DNA from: an uncultured Actinomycetes bacterium
Lineage (GTDB): Bacteria; Actinomycetota; Thermoleophilia; Solirubrobacterales; Solirubrobacteraceae
Direction: 5' to 3'
Assembly: GCA_963806515.1 (NCBI GenBank)
Contig: CAWDYO010000009.1
Location: 20,179 to 84,178 of the forward strand
DNA length: 64,000 nucleotides
The notes beneath the pieces were generated by a model. That model made no database searches, had not been told where the DNA came from, and was given only the letters and a program-made list of their open reading frames with translations. A program made the translations under genes and the position numbers. Of this stretch, positions 18,445 to 28,517 are shown piece after piece; within the stretch, counting starts at the first letter, position 1, and each line of letters opens with the position of its first letter.

Positions 18445-18593
18445 GGCGATCGTACGCCCGCGGGCCGGCCCCCTGCACGGAACGTGGCGCGAGCGGGCAA
18501 GGCGAGCGCGATCGCTCGCGGCGATCGTACGCCCGCGGGCCGGCCCCCGCACGGAACGTGGCGCGAGCGGGCAAGGCGAGCGCGATCGCTCCC
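18445..18593. repeat. Direct tandem duplication, 2 x about 75 bp, intergenic
   Basis: GGCGATCGTACGCCCGCGGGCCGGCCCC(C/T..)GCACGGAACGTGGCGCGAGCGGGCAAGGCGAGCGCGATCGCTC occurs at 18445 and 18520. The copies differ by a 1-nt indel and one substitution. Confidence 0.9.
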
Positions 18594-18600
18594 GGCGCCG

Positions 18601-19371
18601 TCAGCCGCCGATCGCGTACCGCGCGAAGAGCTCGCCGTCGCACTCCAGCAGCGAGCGCAGCCGCGCCTCCACAAGCTCGTCCACCGGGGCGCTGCCGATG
18701 ATCGACAGCGCACCGGCTCCGCCGGCGAGCTTGCCGACCGTCGTGAGGAACAGCTCGTCGACGAGCCCGGCCGCGAGCAGCGCGGCGTTGAGACTCGGGC
18801 CGCCCTCGCAGAGGATCGAGCGGATGCCGTGCTCGTCGCGCAGACGCGCGAGCGCCCCCGCGAGGTCGACCGGGGACGAGCGCAGGTACTCGACCTGCGC
18901 GACGCAGCCGTCCAGCGATCCGTCGGCGGCGGTGACGACGACCACGCGCGACGACGCGTCGGCGAGCAGCGGCAGGTCGCAGGACAGGTCGAGCCGGCCG
19001 CTCACGACGATCGCGAGCGGGTCGGCTTGCAGGCCCGCGGCGACGCGCTGCTCGCGCCGGTGCGGATCGCGTACGAGCCGGCCGTAGCGCTCGGTGCGCA
19101 GCGTCCCCGCGCCCACCATGACCGCGTCCACGCACGTACGCAGGGCGTGGAACAGCTGGCGGTCGGCGACGCTCGAGAGCGGTGCCGTCCGGCCCGCGAC
19201 GCTCGCGCGCCCGTCGACGGTCGCGACCATGTTCAGCGCGACGTGCGGCCGCGACGGCGGTGCGGCGTCCGCGAAGCGAAGCGACGTCGCGAACGCGTCG
19301 GCCGTCAGCTCGCCGGGCTCGGGCAGCAGCCGGCGCAGCACCACCGGCGGCTCGTTGCGGGCGGCCGTCAC
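18601..19371 (-). CDS. RibD C-terminal-domain / dihydrofolate-reductase-family protein
   Basis: 'NMVATVDGRA...DRQLFHALRTCVDAVMVGAGTLRTE...ILCEGGPSLNAALLAAGLVDELFLT'. GTG 19371 overlaps the upstream stop (GTGA). Confidence 0.75.
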   Translation of the reverse strand: MTAARNEPPVVLRRLLPEPGELTADAFATSLRFADAAPPSRPHVALNMVATVDGRASVAGRTAPLSSVADRQLFHALRTCVDAVMVGAGTLRTERYGRLVRDPHRREQRVAAGLQADPLAIVVSGRLDLSCDLPLLADASSRVVVVTAADGSLDGCVAQVEYLRSSPVDLAGALARLRDEHGIRSILCEGGPSLNAALLAAGLVDELFLTTVGKLAGGAGALSIIGSAPVDELVEARLRSLLECDGELFARYAIGG

Positions 19372-19862
19372 GCCGGGTGGCCGGGCTCGATGTCCTTCAC
19401 GTCTTCGAAGTACAACAGCTCTCCGGACCCGTGGCCGGCCGCGACCGGCGCGAGCAGGTAGCCCTCGTGGTCGCCGAGGTCGTGGCGCGAGCGGATCTCG
19501 CCGGCGAACCAGCTCGGGCAGCCCTCGAGGATCGGAAGCTCGTACGGGCCGGCGAACCACGCGCAGCGCGCGAACTTGTCGACCTCGTCGCCCGTCTCGC
19601 CGCCGAACAGCTCGACGAGGTCGCGCCGCTCGCGCGGCACGGCGTGGACGGCGAGGGCGGTCGCGTCACGCGCGATGCGGTACGTGCGGTTGGCGCGCGA
19701 CAGGCACGCAAGGAACCGACCGGGATCGATGCTCGTCTGCATCGCGAAGCCGACGACGCAGCCGTCGCGCTCCCCGGCCGCGATGGTGGTCACGATGAAG
19801 ACGGGATAGTTCAGGTCGCCCATCAATCGGGCGAACGCTCTTGACGTCTCGTCCACGTGCAT
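19368..19862 (-). CDS. Flavin reductase-like (FMN-binding split barrel) protein
   Basis: 164 aa. 'YPVFIVTTIAAGERDGCVVGFAMQTSIDPGRFLACLS'. Confidence 0.7.
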   Translation of the reverse strand: MHVDETSRAFARLMGDLNYPVFIVTTIAAGERDGCVVGFAMQTSIDPGRFLACLSRANRTYRIARDATALAVHAVPRERRDLVELFGGETGDEVDKFARCAWFAGPYELPILEGCPSWFAGEIRSRHDLGDHEGYLLAPVAAGHGSGELLYFEDVKDIEPGHPA

Positions 19863-19914
19863 CGCCTACCCGGTGTGGCATGCTCGGAGGCAATGAGTAG
19901 TCGAGGGATCTTCG

Positions 19915-20832
19915 ATGAGCGAGCGGCTGATCGGCGTGGACGTGGGCGGCACGAAGGTCTCGGTCGCCGTCCTCGACGGCTCGACCCTGCACGAGCCGCG
20001 CGTCCGCAAGACCGACACGACCGACGCGGCGCACCTGCTCGACCAGCTCGTCGAGGCGATTCGCGAGGCGGGGCCGGCGCGCGCGGTCGGCGTCGCGGTG
20101 CCGTCGGTCGTCGACTTCGCAACGGGACGGGTGCGGGCGTCGGTCAACGTCCCGCTCGCCGACGTCCCGCTGCGCGACGTCCTGTACGAGCGCCTCGGGA
20201 TGCCGGTCGTCGTCGACAACGACGCGACGTGCGCCGCGCTCGCGGAGGCCTACGACGACGAGGGTGGGCTCGTCGCCCGTCACCTCGTGATGTTCACGAT
20301 CGGCACCGGCGTCGGCGGCGGGATCGTCATCGACGGCCGCGTCTATCGCGGGGCGACCGGCGCCGCCGCGGAGCTGGGCCACACGATCGTCGGCGCGGAC
20401 CTGCGGCGGGCGCCGGTCGCCCACGCTGACGACTTCCCGCGGCCCGGCTCGCTCGAGTCGCTCGCGGCGGGGACGGCGCTCTCAGAGCTCGGAGCCGATC
20501 ACGGGATCCCGGCCGGGACCGCCATCGACGCCGCCCGCGCCGGCGACCCCGCCGCGCTCGCCGCCATCGAGCTGCTCGGGCGGCGGCTCGGCGTCGGGAT
20601 CGCGAACGCGATCAACACGTTCGATCCCCACCTCGTCGTCGTCGGCGGCGGCGTCAGCGCGGCGGGCGAGATGCTGCTCGGTCCCGCGCGCGAGGAGGCC
20701 GCGCGCTTCGTCCTGCACGGCGTCGGCACGAGCACGCGGATCGTCCAGGCGCGCTACGGCAACCGCGCCGGCGTGCGCGGGGCCGCGCTGCTCGCCGGCC
20801 AGGAAGCGACGCACGAGGCGGGCGTCGCATGA
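19915..20832 (+). CDS. ROK-family glucokinase
   Basis: 'IGVDVGGTKVSVAV', 'VVVDNDATCAALAE', 'GTGVGGGIVIDGRVYRGATGAAAELGH'. Confidence 0.85.
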   Translation: MSERLIGVDVGGTKVSVAVLDGSTLHEPRVRKTDTTDAAHLLDQLVEAIREAGPARAVGVAVPSVVDFATGRVRASVNVPLADVPLRDVLYERLGMPVVVDNDATCAALAEAYDDEGGLVARHLVMFTIGTGVGGGIVIDGRVYRGATGAAAELGHTIVGADLRRAPVAHADDFPRPGSLESLAAGTALSELGADHGIPAGTAIDAARAGDPAALAAIELLGRRLGVGIANAINTFDPHLVVVGGGVSAAGEMLLGPAREEAARFVLHGVGTSTRIVQARYGNRAGVRGAALLAGQEATHEAGVA

Positions 20833-21278
20833 GGATCGCCCTCGCCGTCGACCACGCCGGGGTGCCGCTGCACGGTGCCGTCTGCGACGCGCTGGCCACC
20901 GACGGCCACGAGGTCGTCGATCTCGGCGAGCACGACGACTACCCCAACGTCGCGCTGACGCTGGGGCTCGCGATCGCGAGCGGGGAGGTGGGGCGCGGGA
21001 TCCTCGTCTGCGGTTCCGGCGCGGGCGTCTCCGTCGCGGCATCCAAGCTGCCCGGCATCCGCGCGGCCGTCTGCCACGACCACTACACCGCCGCGCAGTG
21101 CGTGAGCCACGACGACTGCAACGTGCTCTGTCTCGGCGCGCGCGTCATCGGGCCCGCGGTCGCGGCCGAGCTTGCGCAAGCGTTCGCCGGGGCAAGCTTC
21201 AGCGGCGAGGAGCGCCACGTGCGACGGCTCGGCAAGATCCTGCTCATGGAACGCCAAGGACTGGAGGCCACGCTGTGA
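20829..21278 (+). CDS. rpiB: Ribose-5-phosphate isomerase B
   Basis: 149 aa. 'RGILVCGSGAGVSVAASKLPGIRAAVCHD..AAQCVSHDDCNVLCLGARVIG'. 4-nt overlap with the glucokinase stop. Confidence 0.9.
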   Translation: MRIALAVDHAGVPLHGAVCDALATDGHEVVDLGEHDDYPNVALTLGLAIASGEVGRGILVCGSGAGVSVAASKLPGIRAAVCHDHYTAAQCVSHDDCNVLCLGARVIGPAVAAELAQAFAGASFSGEERHVRRLGKILLMERQGLEATL

Positions 21279-24025
21279 CCAGCGTCATGAACGTCAACGA
21301 GCGGCTGGCCGCGCTGACCGAGGCCGGCACGGCCGTCTGGCTGGATCAGATCCGCCGATCACTGACCCAGGGCGGCGAGCTGCGACGCCTCGTCGAGGAG
21401 GACTCGCTGCGCGGCGTCACGTCGAACCCGGCGATCTTCGAGAAGGCGATCCTCGGGTCGCCGGACTACGACGAGCAGATCGAGCGGCTCGCGCGGGAGG
21501 GCCTCAACACGCGCGCCGTCTACCAGGACATCGTCATCCAGGACGTCCAGGAGGCGGCCGACGTCCTGCGCACGGTCTACGACGAGCTCGGCGGCGCGGA
21601 CGGCTTCGTCTCGCTCGAGGTCGACCCGGACCTCGCCTTCGACACCGATCGCACGATCGCGCAGGCGCGCGAGTACTGGGGCCGCGTGGACCGGCCCAAC
21701 GTCATGATCAAGATCCCCGGCACGACCGAGTGCCTGCCCGCGATCGAGCAGGCGATCTTCGAGGGGATCAACATCAACGTCACGCTGCTGTTCAGCGTCG
21801 AGGCGTACGTGAGCGTCGCGGAGGCGTACATCCGCGGGCTCGAACGCCGCAAGGCCGACTCGCAATCGCTGGACGTCCAGTCCGTCGCGTCGTTCTTCGT
21901 CTCGCGCGTCGACTCGGAGGTCGACAAGCGCCTCGAGAAGCTCGGGCGCTCCGAGCTCGCCGGCCAGGCCGCGATCGCCAACGCGCGCGCCGCGTACCGC
22001 GCCTTCGAGGACCTCTTCGGCGGCGAGCGCTTCGCCGCCCTGCGCGCGGCCGGCGCGCCGGTCCAGCGCCCGCTGTGGGCGTCGACGGGCGTGAAGAACC
22101 CCGCCTACGCCGACACGATGTACGTCGCCGAGCTCGTCGGCCCCGACACCGTCAACACGATGCCGATGCCGACGCTCATGGCCTGCGCCGAGCGGTTGGA
22201 GGTGCGCGGCGCGACGGTCCGCGAGGACCCCGAGGCGGTGCTGACCGCGCTCGAAGAGGCCGGCATCGACATGGGCGAGGTCACCGCCAAGCTCCTGCGC
22301 GACGGCATCGACGCGTTCGTCACGCCGATGGAGAAGCTGCTCGCCGGCATCGAGGCCAAGCGCGAGGCGATCTTCACCGGGCGCCCGGAGACGATCGACG
22401 CCTCGCTGCCGTTCGAGCTCGAGAAGCCGGTCGCGGAGATGGTGCGCCGCGCGGTGGTCGAGGAGGTCGCGCGCCGGATCTGGAAGAAGGACCCGACGCT
22501 GTGGGGTCCGCGCGACCAGCCGGAGGTCGCCAACCGCCTGGGCTGGCTGCAGGCGCCGGAGATCTATGCCGAGCACATCGACGACCTCGAAGGCTTCGCG
22601 GCGGAGCTCGCCGGCGAGGGGTACACCGACGCCGTGCTGCTCGGGATGGGCGGTTCGTCGCTCGCGCCGGAGGTGCTGCGGCTGAGCTTCGGCGACCGCA
22701 TGCACGGGCGGCTGCGCCTGCAGGTGCTCGACTCGACGGACCCCGCCGCGGTGCTCGCGGTGCAGCGGTCGGTCACCCTCGACCACACGATCTTCGTCGT
22801 CTCGACGAAGTCCGGCGGGACGATCGAGACGATGTCGCTGTACGAGCACTTCTGGTCGCTTCAGCCGAACGGCGAGCAGTACGTCGCGATCACCGACCCG
22901 GGCTCGTCGCTGTCGATGCTCGCCGCCGACCGCGGCTTCCGGCGCACGTTCCTGAACGACCCCGACGTCGGAGGGCGCTACAGCGCACTGACGTTCTTCG
23001 GGCTCGTGCCGGCGGCGCTGATGGGCGTCGACCTGCAGCGGCTGCTGGACGGCGCGGGCGTCGCCGCGGAGTCGTGCGCGGGCTACCACGCCCCTGAGCG
23101 CAACAGCGGGCTGTGGCTCGGCGCCGCGATGGGCGCCCTGGCGCAGGACGGCCGCGACAAGCTGACGTTCGTCGTCGACGACCCGATCGCGTCGTTCGGC
23201 ATCTGGGCTGAGCAGCTCGTCGCCGAGTCGACCGGCAAGCAGGGCAAGGGCGTGCTGCCGGTGGCCGACGAGCCGGTGGGATCGCCGGGCAGCTACGGCG
23301 CGGACCGGATCTTCGCCTACCTGCGCGACACCGAGGCGCCCAGCGCCGAGCTCGACGAGCAGGTCAAGGCGCTCGCCGCCGCGGACGAGCCGACGGTGAC
23401 GCTGTCGGCGGGCGGGCCGGAGGACCTCGGGCGGATCTTCTTCTTCGCCGAGTTCGCGACGGCGGTCGCGGGGTGGGCGCTGCAGATCAACCCGTTCGAC
23501 CAACCCAACGTCCAGGAGGCCAAGGACGCGACGGCGCGAGTGCTCGAGTCGATCGGCGAGGGCGGTTCGCTGGCCGAGCCCGACGACGCGTCCGACGAGG
23601 AGCTGCGCGCGCTGCTCGCGTGCGACCCTCCGGCCTACGTCGCGGTCCTCGGCTACATCGCGCCGTGCGTGCGCGTCGACCGGGCGGTCGCGGAGCTGCG
23701 CACGGCGATCCGCGCGGCGACGAATGCGACGACGACGTTCGGCTATGGCCCGCGCTACCTGCACTCGACCGGCCAGTTCCACAAGGGCGGCCCGAAGGAG
23801 GGCCGCTTCCTCGTACTGGTCCACGACGGGCCCGACGACGTGCCGATCCCGAGCCGGCCGTTCGGCTTCAAGACCCTGAAGAACGCGCAGGCCTTCGGCG
23901 ACCTCGCGACGCTCCGCGCCCACGACCTCCCCGCCGAGAAGCTGCGCCTGGACGGCTCGCAGCACCCGGCCGACGCGATCGACGCGCTGACCGCGCGGGT
24001 GCGCGGCTTGCTCGCCGCGGACTGA
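21275..24025 (+). CDS. Bifunctional transaldolase / glucose-6-phosphate isomerase
   Basis: N-terminal transaldolase 'GVTSNPAIFEKAI..NVMIKIPGT..INVTLLFS'. C-terminal PGI 'LLGMGGSSLAPEV', 'FVVSTKSGGTIET', 'GGRYSALT'. GTG 21275 overlaps the rpiB stop (ATG 21287 is an alternative start). Confidence 0.9.
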   Translation: MTSVMNVNERLAALTEAGTAVWLDQIRRSLTQGGELRRLVEEDSLRGVTSNPAIFEKAILGSPDYDEQIERLAREGLNTRAVYQDIVIQDVQEAADVLRTVYDELGGADGFVSLEVDPDLAFDTDRTIAQAREYWGRVDRPNVMIKIPGTTECLPAIEQAIFEGININVTLLFSVEAYVSVAEAYIRGLERRKADSQSLDVQSVASFFVSRVDSEVDKRLEKLGRSELAGQAAIANARAAYRAFEDLFGGERFAALRAAGAPVQRPLWASTGVKNPAYADTMYVAELVGPDTVNTMPMPTLMACAERLEVRGATVREDPEAVLTALEEAGIDMGEVTAKLLRDGIDAFVTPMEKLLAGIEAKREAIFTGRPETIDASLPFELEKPVAEMVRRAVVEEVARRIWKKDPTLWGPRDQPEVANRLGWLQAPEIYAEHIDDLEGFAAELAGEGYTDAVLLGMGGSSLAPEVLRLSFGDRMHGRLRLQVLDSTDPAAVLAVQRSVTLDHTIFVVSTKSGGTIETMSLYEHFWSLQPNGEQYVAITDPGSSLSMLAADRGFRRTFLNDPDVGGRYSALTFFGLVPAALMGVDLQRLLDGAGVAAESCAGYHAPERNSGLWLGAAMGALAQDGRDKLTFVVDDPIASFGIWAEQLVAESTGKQGKGVLPVADEPVGSPGSYGADRIFAYLRDTEAPSAELDEQVKALAAADEPTVTLSAGGPEDLGRIFFFAEFATAVAGWALQINPFDQPNVQEAKDATARVLESIGEGGSLAEPDDASDEELRALLACDPPAYVAVLGYIAPCVRVDRAVAELRTAIRAATNATTTFGYGPRYLHSTGQFHKGGPKEGRFLVLVHDGPDDVPIPSRPFGFKTLKNAQAFGDLATLRAHDLPAEKLRLDGSQHPADAIDALTARVRGLLAAD

Positions 24026-24042
24026 GACCGACCTCACACTGC

Positions 24043-24062
24043 GTCGCGGGGTGACCCGCGAC
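24043..24062 (+). terminator. Hairpin after tal-pgi
   Basis: GTCGCGGG-GTGA-CCCGCGAC, an 8-bp stem 18 nt after the stop; no U tract. Confidence 0.4.
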
Positions 24063-24136
24063 CCTGGACTGGACGGGCGCCGTGGGCAGGACGACCCGTC
24101 CAGAGGCGGCGCCGAACCACGAACAAGGCAGGGTGC

Positions 24137-25903
24137 ATGAGCACATTCACTCCGCGAGGTGGGCGTCTGCCTGCCCTCGCGACACTGGCAACCGCCGTGC
24201 TGCTGGCCGCGGCGCCCGCGGCGGCGGCAGACACGACGAACGGCAACCTGCCGGGCGGTACGTCGATCACCGCCGGCATCTCCGCGCCCGCCGACGGCGC
24301 GCTCATCGCGTCGCCTCCCGGCAACGTGAGCCTCACGGGCACGGCGTCGATCGGGCAGGGCGTGCCGGTCGCCAACACGACGCTCATCTACGTCGTCGAC
24401 ACGTCGGGCAGCACGTCCGGCGCCGGCGGTTGCGGGGGCGACCAGAACAGCGACGGCAACTCGGACCGGATCCTCGATTGCGAGATCGCCGCCGCTCGGA
24501 CGCTCAACCAGCAGGCGATCGCCGCAGGGACCGTCGGCCAAGTCGGCACGGTCTTCTTCCAGAGCACCGCGTCGATCGAGGACGTCGGCCCGACGGCGCC
24601 CGGAACGCAGGGCCTCACCGGCCCGGCGACGGATGCGAGCGGCAACGGGACGCCCGACGTCGAGGACCGCCTGCGCACGGCGTCGTCCTTGGGCAACACG
24701 AACTTCGAAGCGGCGGTCCAGGCCGCGTGCAACCTCGTCCAGCAGAGCTCGAACCCCAACAACATCGTCGTCTTCCTCTCCGACGGCGTCGCGACGACGG
24801 GTGGCAACGCGCTCGACGACATCCCCTGCGCGCCGACGACGGCGGCGTTCCAGACGTTCGCGGTCGGGAGCGGATCGAGCTGCACGGACACGGGCGGCGG
24901 GCGCGGCAGCCTCGCGCAGATCGCCGCCGACACGGGCGGTGAGTGCACGCCGGTCACGGACGTCGCGACGCTGCCGGACGTCGTCCCCGGGCTCATCAGC
25001 TCGAAGCTCACGAAGCTCGAGCTGCGCGTCGACGGCGGTGCGCCGACGGACATCTCCGGAACGGCTTCGCCGGGCCTGCCGCAGACCGGCCCGGCGTCGG
25101 TGAGCTTCGCCACGATGGTCAACGGCCTCGCGCCGGGCAACCACACGCTGTGCGTCAGGGCGATCGGATCCGACGGCGGCGGGGAGGGGTCGGTCGAGCA
25201 CTGCCACCCGATCGTCGTCGCGACGATCTCGCTGGCGCCGGAGACCGAGACCAACGAGCTCGGCACGCCCGGCCAGACGCACACGGTGACCGCCACCGTC
25301 GCCGCGGGGGCGGACGGCGGGGTCGCGAACGTCCAGGTGGGCTTCGAGATCGGGTCCGGGCCGAACGCCGGCCAGACCGCGACGGCAGCGACGAACGCAG
25401 CCGGCGAGGCGACGTTCACGTACGCCGCCACGCAGGGGCCCGCGGGCCTCGGGACGGACGCGATCGAGGGCTGCTTCACCGACAGTCAGGGCACCGAGGC
25501 ATGCGACACGGCGACGAAGCACTGGGTCGACACGACGCCGCCGCAGCTCGCCTGCACGCCGACGACGAACCCGTCGGGCGGCAACGTGCCGCCGGCCGGC
25601 AACAACCCGAAGAGCGGCCAGAACCCGGACGGCTTCTACGTGCTGACCGCGACGGATGCCGTCGATCCGAACCCGACGCTCACGCTGGCGGACACGGCAA
25701 GCTCCGCGACGTTCGGGCCGTTCGCGAGCGGCACGCGGATCAAGCTCACGCAGGCCCCCGGCGCGACGCCGGGCCAGAAGCCGGGTCCGGGCGTGATCGA
25801 CTGGCACATCACCCTGAAGGGCGACGGTTCGCTGACGGCGACGGATGCGTCGGGCAACGTCTCGGCACCGGTCTCCTGCAGGGTCGCACCGAAGCCGAAG
25901 TAA
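24137..25903 (+). CDS. Secreted von Willebrand factor A domain protein with Ig-like C-terminal domains
   Basis: Signal peptide 'LATLATAVLLAAAPAAAA'. MIDAS 'YVVDTSGSTSG'. 'NIVVFLSDGVATTG'. Later Big-like 'GTPGQTHTVTATV..ANVQVGFEI'. Confidence 0.8.
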   Translation: MSTFTPRGGRLPALATLATAVLLAAAPAAAADTTNGNLPGGTSITAGISAPADGALIASPPGNVSLTGTASIGQGVPVANTTLIYVVDTSGSTSGAGGCGGDQNSDGNSDRILDCEIAAARTLNQQAIAAGTVGQVGTVFFQSTASIEDVGPTAPGTQGLTGPATDASGNGTPDVEDRLRTASSLGNTNFEAAVQAACNLVQQSSNPNNIVVFLSDGVATTGGNALDDIPCAPTTAAFQTFAVGSGSSCTDTGGGRGSLAQIAADTGGECTPVTDVATLPDVVPGLISSKLTKLELRVDGGAPTDISGTASPGLPQTGPASVSFATMVNGLAPGNHTLCVRAIGSDGGGEGSVEHCHPIVVATISLAPETETNELGTPGQTHTVTATVAAGADGGVANVQVGFEIGSGPNAGQTATAATNAAGEATFTYAATQGPAGLGTDAIEGCFTDSQGTEACDTATKHWVDTTPPQLACTPTTNPSGGNVPPAGNNPKSGQNPDGFYVLTATDAVDPNPTLTLADTASSATFGPFASGTRIKLTQAPGATPGQKPGPGVIDWHITLKGDGSLTATDASGNVSAPVSCRVAPKPK

Positions 25904-25917
25904 CGGTCCGCGATGGT

Positions 25918-25945
25918 GGCGAGGGACCCGCCCGGGTCCCTCGCC
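25918..25945. terminator. Bidirectional hairpin between convergent genes
   Basis: GGCGAGGGACCC-GCCC-GGGTCCCTCGCC, a perfect 12-bp stem between the stops at 25903 (+) and 25976 (-). Confidence 0.55.
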
Positions 25946-25975
25946 GCTGCCGCGCGCCCGCCGCGGGCGACACGC

Positions 25976-26725
25976 TCAGCGGGCGCGGATCTCGACGTCG
26001 CCGGAGTCGGTCTTGGCGTCGATCGACCGCGGCGCGCCGTCGTTGCGGCTGATCGCGTCGTCGACGTCGACGTCGCCGGAGTCCGTCTCGGCGTTGATGG
26101 CGTACTCGCCGGGCGCGACGGCGACCTCGACCTCGCCGGAGTCGGTGTGAGCAACGATGCGGCTGGGCGTCCCGGCGGCGTCGACGGTGACGTCGCCGGA
26201 GTCGGTCTCGGCGTCGACCGCCTGCGCGTCGGCCGCGGCGACGTCCACGGAGCCCGAGTCGGTGTGCGCCCAGACTTGCTCCTGGCGGCCGGTGAGCTCG
26301 AGCGAGACGTCGCCCGAATCGGTCTCGACGTGCGTGTCCGCGACGGCGACGCGGCGGCCCTCGACATCGCCCGAGTCGGCGTCGACCGTGATCTTCACGC
26401 CCGCGGGAACCGTGATCCGCAGGTCCGTGGAGCAGTTGAAGGCAAGCCCTTCGCAGTCGGTCTTGAGCGTCAGGACGCCGCCGTCGAGGCTGCGCGCGAG
26501 CGTCGGCTTCTCGAAGACGTAGTGCATCGTCTCGCGGACGACGATGCGCCCGTCCGCCGGGACGAGATCCACGTCGCCGCTGTGGGACGTCACGACGATC
26601 TCGCGCACGGAGCCGCTGATCGTGTGGGTCCGGACGGATCGGCTGTCGAACGCGAAGTTCGCGAGGCCGAGCGCGCCGACGGCGGCCAGGAACAGCGCGG
26701 CGAGCATCGCCAGCAAGATCTTCAT
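25976..26725 (-). CDS. DUF4097-like 'putative adhesin' beta-helical repeat protein, N-terminal anchor
   Basis: Internal ATG 26725 gives 'MKILLAMLAALFLAAVGALG'. Eight or more 'DSG[DES]V' repeats ('ETDSGDVSLE', 'HTDSGSVDV', 'KTDSGDVEI'). Confidence 0.75.
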   Translation of the reverse strand: MKILLAMLAALFLAAVGALGLANFAFDSRSVRTHTISGSVREIVVTSHSGDVDLVPADGRIVVRETMHYVFEKPTLARSLDGGVLTLKTDCEGLAFNCSTDLRITVPAGVKITVDADSGDVEGRRVAVADTHVETDSGDVSLELTGRQEQVWAHTDSGSVDVAAADAQAVDAETDSGDVTVDAAGTPSRIVAHTDSGEVEVAVAPGEYAINAETDSGDVDVDDAISRNDGAPRSIDAKTDSGDVEIRAR

Positions 26726-26873
26726 GGGGTCCAGCCTTCCGGTCGCATGCCAGGCAGTCTGCTGACGTGGCGACGCCGTCGCCATGGGGCTCTCAGGCGT
26801 GTTGGGGTGCGGATTGCCCCCGACCCGTGGCGGCGGCCAGCGTCCGGAGCTAGGGTGCGAGCAGGGTGAGCCC

Positions 26874-27686
26874 GTGACCCGGACGCTGCTGAACACGTTC
26901 CCGACCTGGCTGCTCGCGATCGTCACCGTCGGCGGCGCGGTCGCGCTCGCCGTCGGTGGGCTCGCGCTCGTTCGCCGCCGCTTCCCGGGCCTTGAGCAGC
27001 ATGGTGTCAACGACGTCGTCGGCGTCGTCGTCGGCGTGCTCGCCGCGGTGCTCGGGATCCTGCTCGGCTTCGTGACCGTCTCGCTGTACGAGAACTTCAC
27101 CGAGGCCGAGAAGACCGTGCAGCGCGAGGCGACAGAGGTCATCCAGCTCTACGACGACTCGCGCGCGTTCGCACCGCCGGCCGACGCCGCGGTGGAGCGT
27201 GAGATCAAGTCCTACGTCGCGGCCGTGCGGTTCGTGGAGTGGGAGAAGATGCGCGAGGGAGGCGACGACACGCAGGTCGGAGACGACCACATCGCCGACC
27301 TCTATCGCGTCCTGCGCGAGTACGAGCCGAAGACGGCCGCGCAGTCTGCGTTCTACACGGACGCGGTCGGGCGGCTCAACGACGTCGTCGACGCTCGCCG
27401 CGCGCGGCTGAGCGAAGCCTCCGAGGAGATGCCGGGCGCGTTTCGCATCATGCTCGTGCTCGGCGCCGCGCTGCTCATCGCGTCGCTGTACCTCCTCGGC
27501 ACGGCGAATCGGCGGCTGCACACGATCCTCGTCGTCAGCGTGGCGGTCATCACGAGCTTCAACCTGCTCATCGTCGCCGCGCTCGACCACCCGTTCTCCG
27601 GCGACATCTCGGTCTCCAACGAGCCGTTCAACCAGCAGCGGCTGAAGCTCCTGCACGTGACCCCGGCGGACGTGAACGACCCGTAG
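26874..27686 (+). CDS. Membrane protein, DUF4239-like (tentative)
   Basis: GTG 26874. Two N-terminal and two C-terminal TM helices flank a soluble helical region. The family assignment is from memory only. Confidence 0.55.
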   Translation: MTRTLLNTFPTWLLAIVTVGGAVALAVGGLALVRRRFPGLEQHGVNDVVGVVVGVLAAVLGILLGFVTVSLYENFTEAEKTVQREATEVIQLYDDSRAFAPPADAAVEREIKSYVAAVRFVEWEKMREGGDDTQVGDDHIADLYRVLREYEPKTAAQSAFYTDAVGRLNDVVDARRARLSEASEEMPGAFRIMLVLGAALLIASLYLLGTANRRLHTILVVSVAVITSFNLLIVAALDHPFSGDISVSNEPFNQQRLKLLHVTPADVNDP

Positions 27687-27723
27687 CGCCGCGGGAGACG
27701 GCCGCCGAGCCTCACACCGGCGC

Positions 27724-28002
27724 TCAGCGTGCGGCGTCGACGGCGGCCGCGAATGCGCGCGCCGCGTCTTCTTCCTCGGCGGGCACCCAGATCGCGGTGG
27801 CGACGCCGCCGAAGCGCACGCGGATGCGCTCCTCGCCGCCCCTGCCGAAGCGCTTCTTCGTGTCGTCGCGCACCACCTCGGTCGGGCCGAGGTCCGACAC
27901 GCGGAAGCGGTGCTGGCTGTCGCCGTGTCGCATGCAGTCCAGCCAGCCGTCGTCGAAGACGAGCGAGCGGTCGTGCAGGCCGTCGAGGCGGTGCACGGTC
28001 AC
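27724..28002 (-). CDS. Hypothetical small protein
   Basis: 92 aa with diverse composition. 4-nt overlap with the upstream gene stop. Confidence 0.45.
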   Translation of the reverse strand: MTVHRLDGLHDRSLVFDDGWLDCMRHGDSQHRFRVSDLGPTEVVRDDTKKRFGRGGEERIRVRFGGVATAIWVPAEEEDAARAFAAAVDAAR

Positions 28003-28475
28003 GCCCCCGGCTTCCCCGTCATCAGGAAGATCGCGACCACGACGAGCAGCAGCGCGACCGAGCCGACGAGGTCGGCCCGCCGCGACAGCGCGACGTACTC
28101 GGCGCTCGGCCCGGAGCCGGACTTCAGGTCGCTCTCGGCGAGCTCGACGAGGCGCTTGTCGGCCGGCACGAGGATGGCGCCCGTGAGGCCGAACAGGACG
28201 ATGAGGATCGCGAACGTCGCGCTGATCCAGGGGTCGCCGAGGCTGAAGCGGTCAAGCGCGAGGTACAGGCCGGCGAGCAGCACGACGGTCATCGCGGGCT
28301 GCACGAGCCGCGTCGCGAGCACGAGGTGCAGCCGGTGCAGGTTGGGCAGCGCCGCCGGCCCCGCTCGCTTCATCTGCGAGTCGATGATCGGGTACGCGAA
28401 CACGACGCCGAACGCGAGCACGACGGCGAGGATGTGGATCGTCAGGACGACGTCGTAGAACATGAAGGCGGTCAT
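27999..28475 (-). CDS. Integral membrane protein, DUF2269-like (tentative)
   Basis: Start taken at ATG 28475 ('MTAFMFYDVVLTIHILAVVLAFG'). Four TM helices. Confidence 0.55.
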   Translation of the reverse strand: MTAFMFYDVVLTIHILAVVLAFGVVFAYPIIDSQMKRAGPAALPNLHRLHLVLATRLVQPAMTVVLLAGLYLALDRFSLGDPWISATFAILIVLFGLTGAILVPADKRLVELAESDLKSGSGPSAEYVALSRRADLVGSVALLLVVVAIFLMTGKPGA

Positions 28476-28517
28476 GTCGCGAAGCGTCCCGGGCGCGGCG
28501 GCGGATCCCAAGCCCGG

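Noticed and set aside
21359-25807. 1482-aa minus-strand ORF
   Set aside because: It is antisense to the well-supported tal-pgi and VWA genes. Its Arg/Ala/Gly/Asp-rich, motif-free translation is typical of open antisense frames in a genome above 70% GC.
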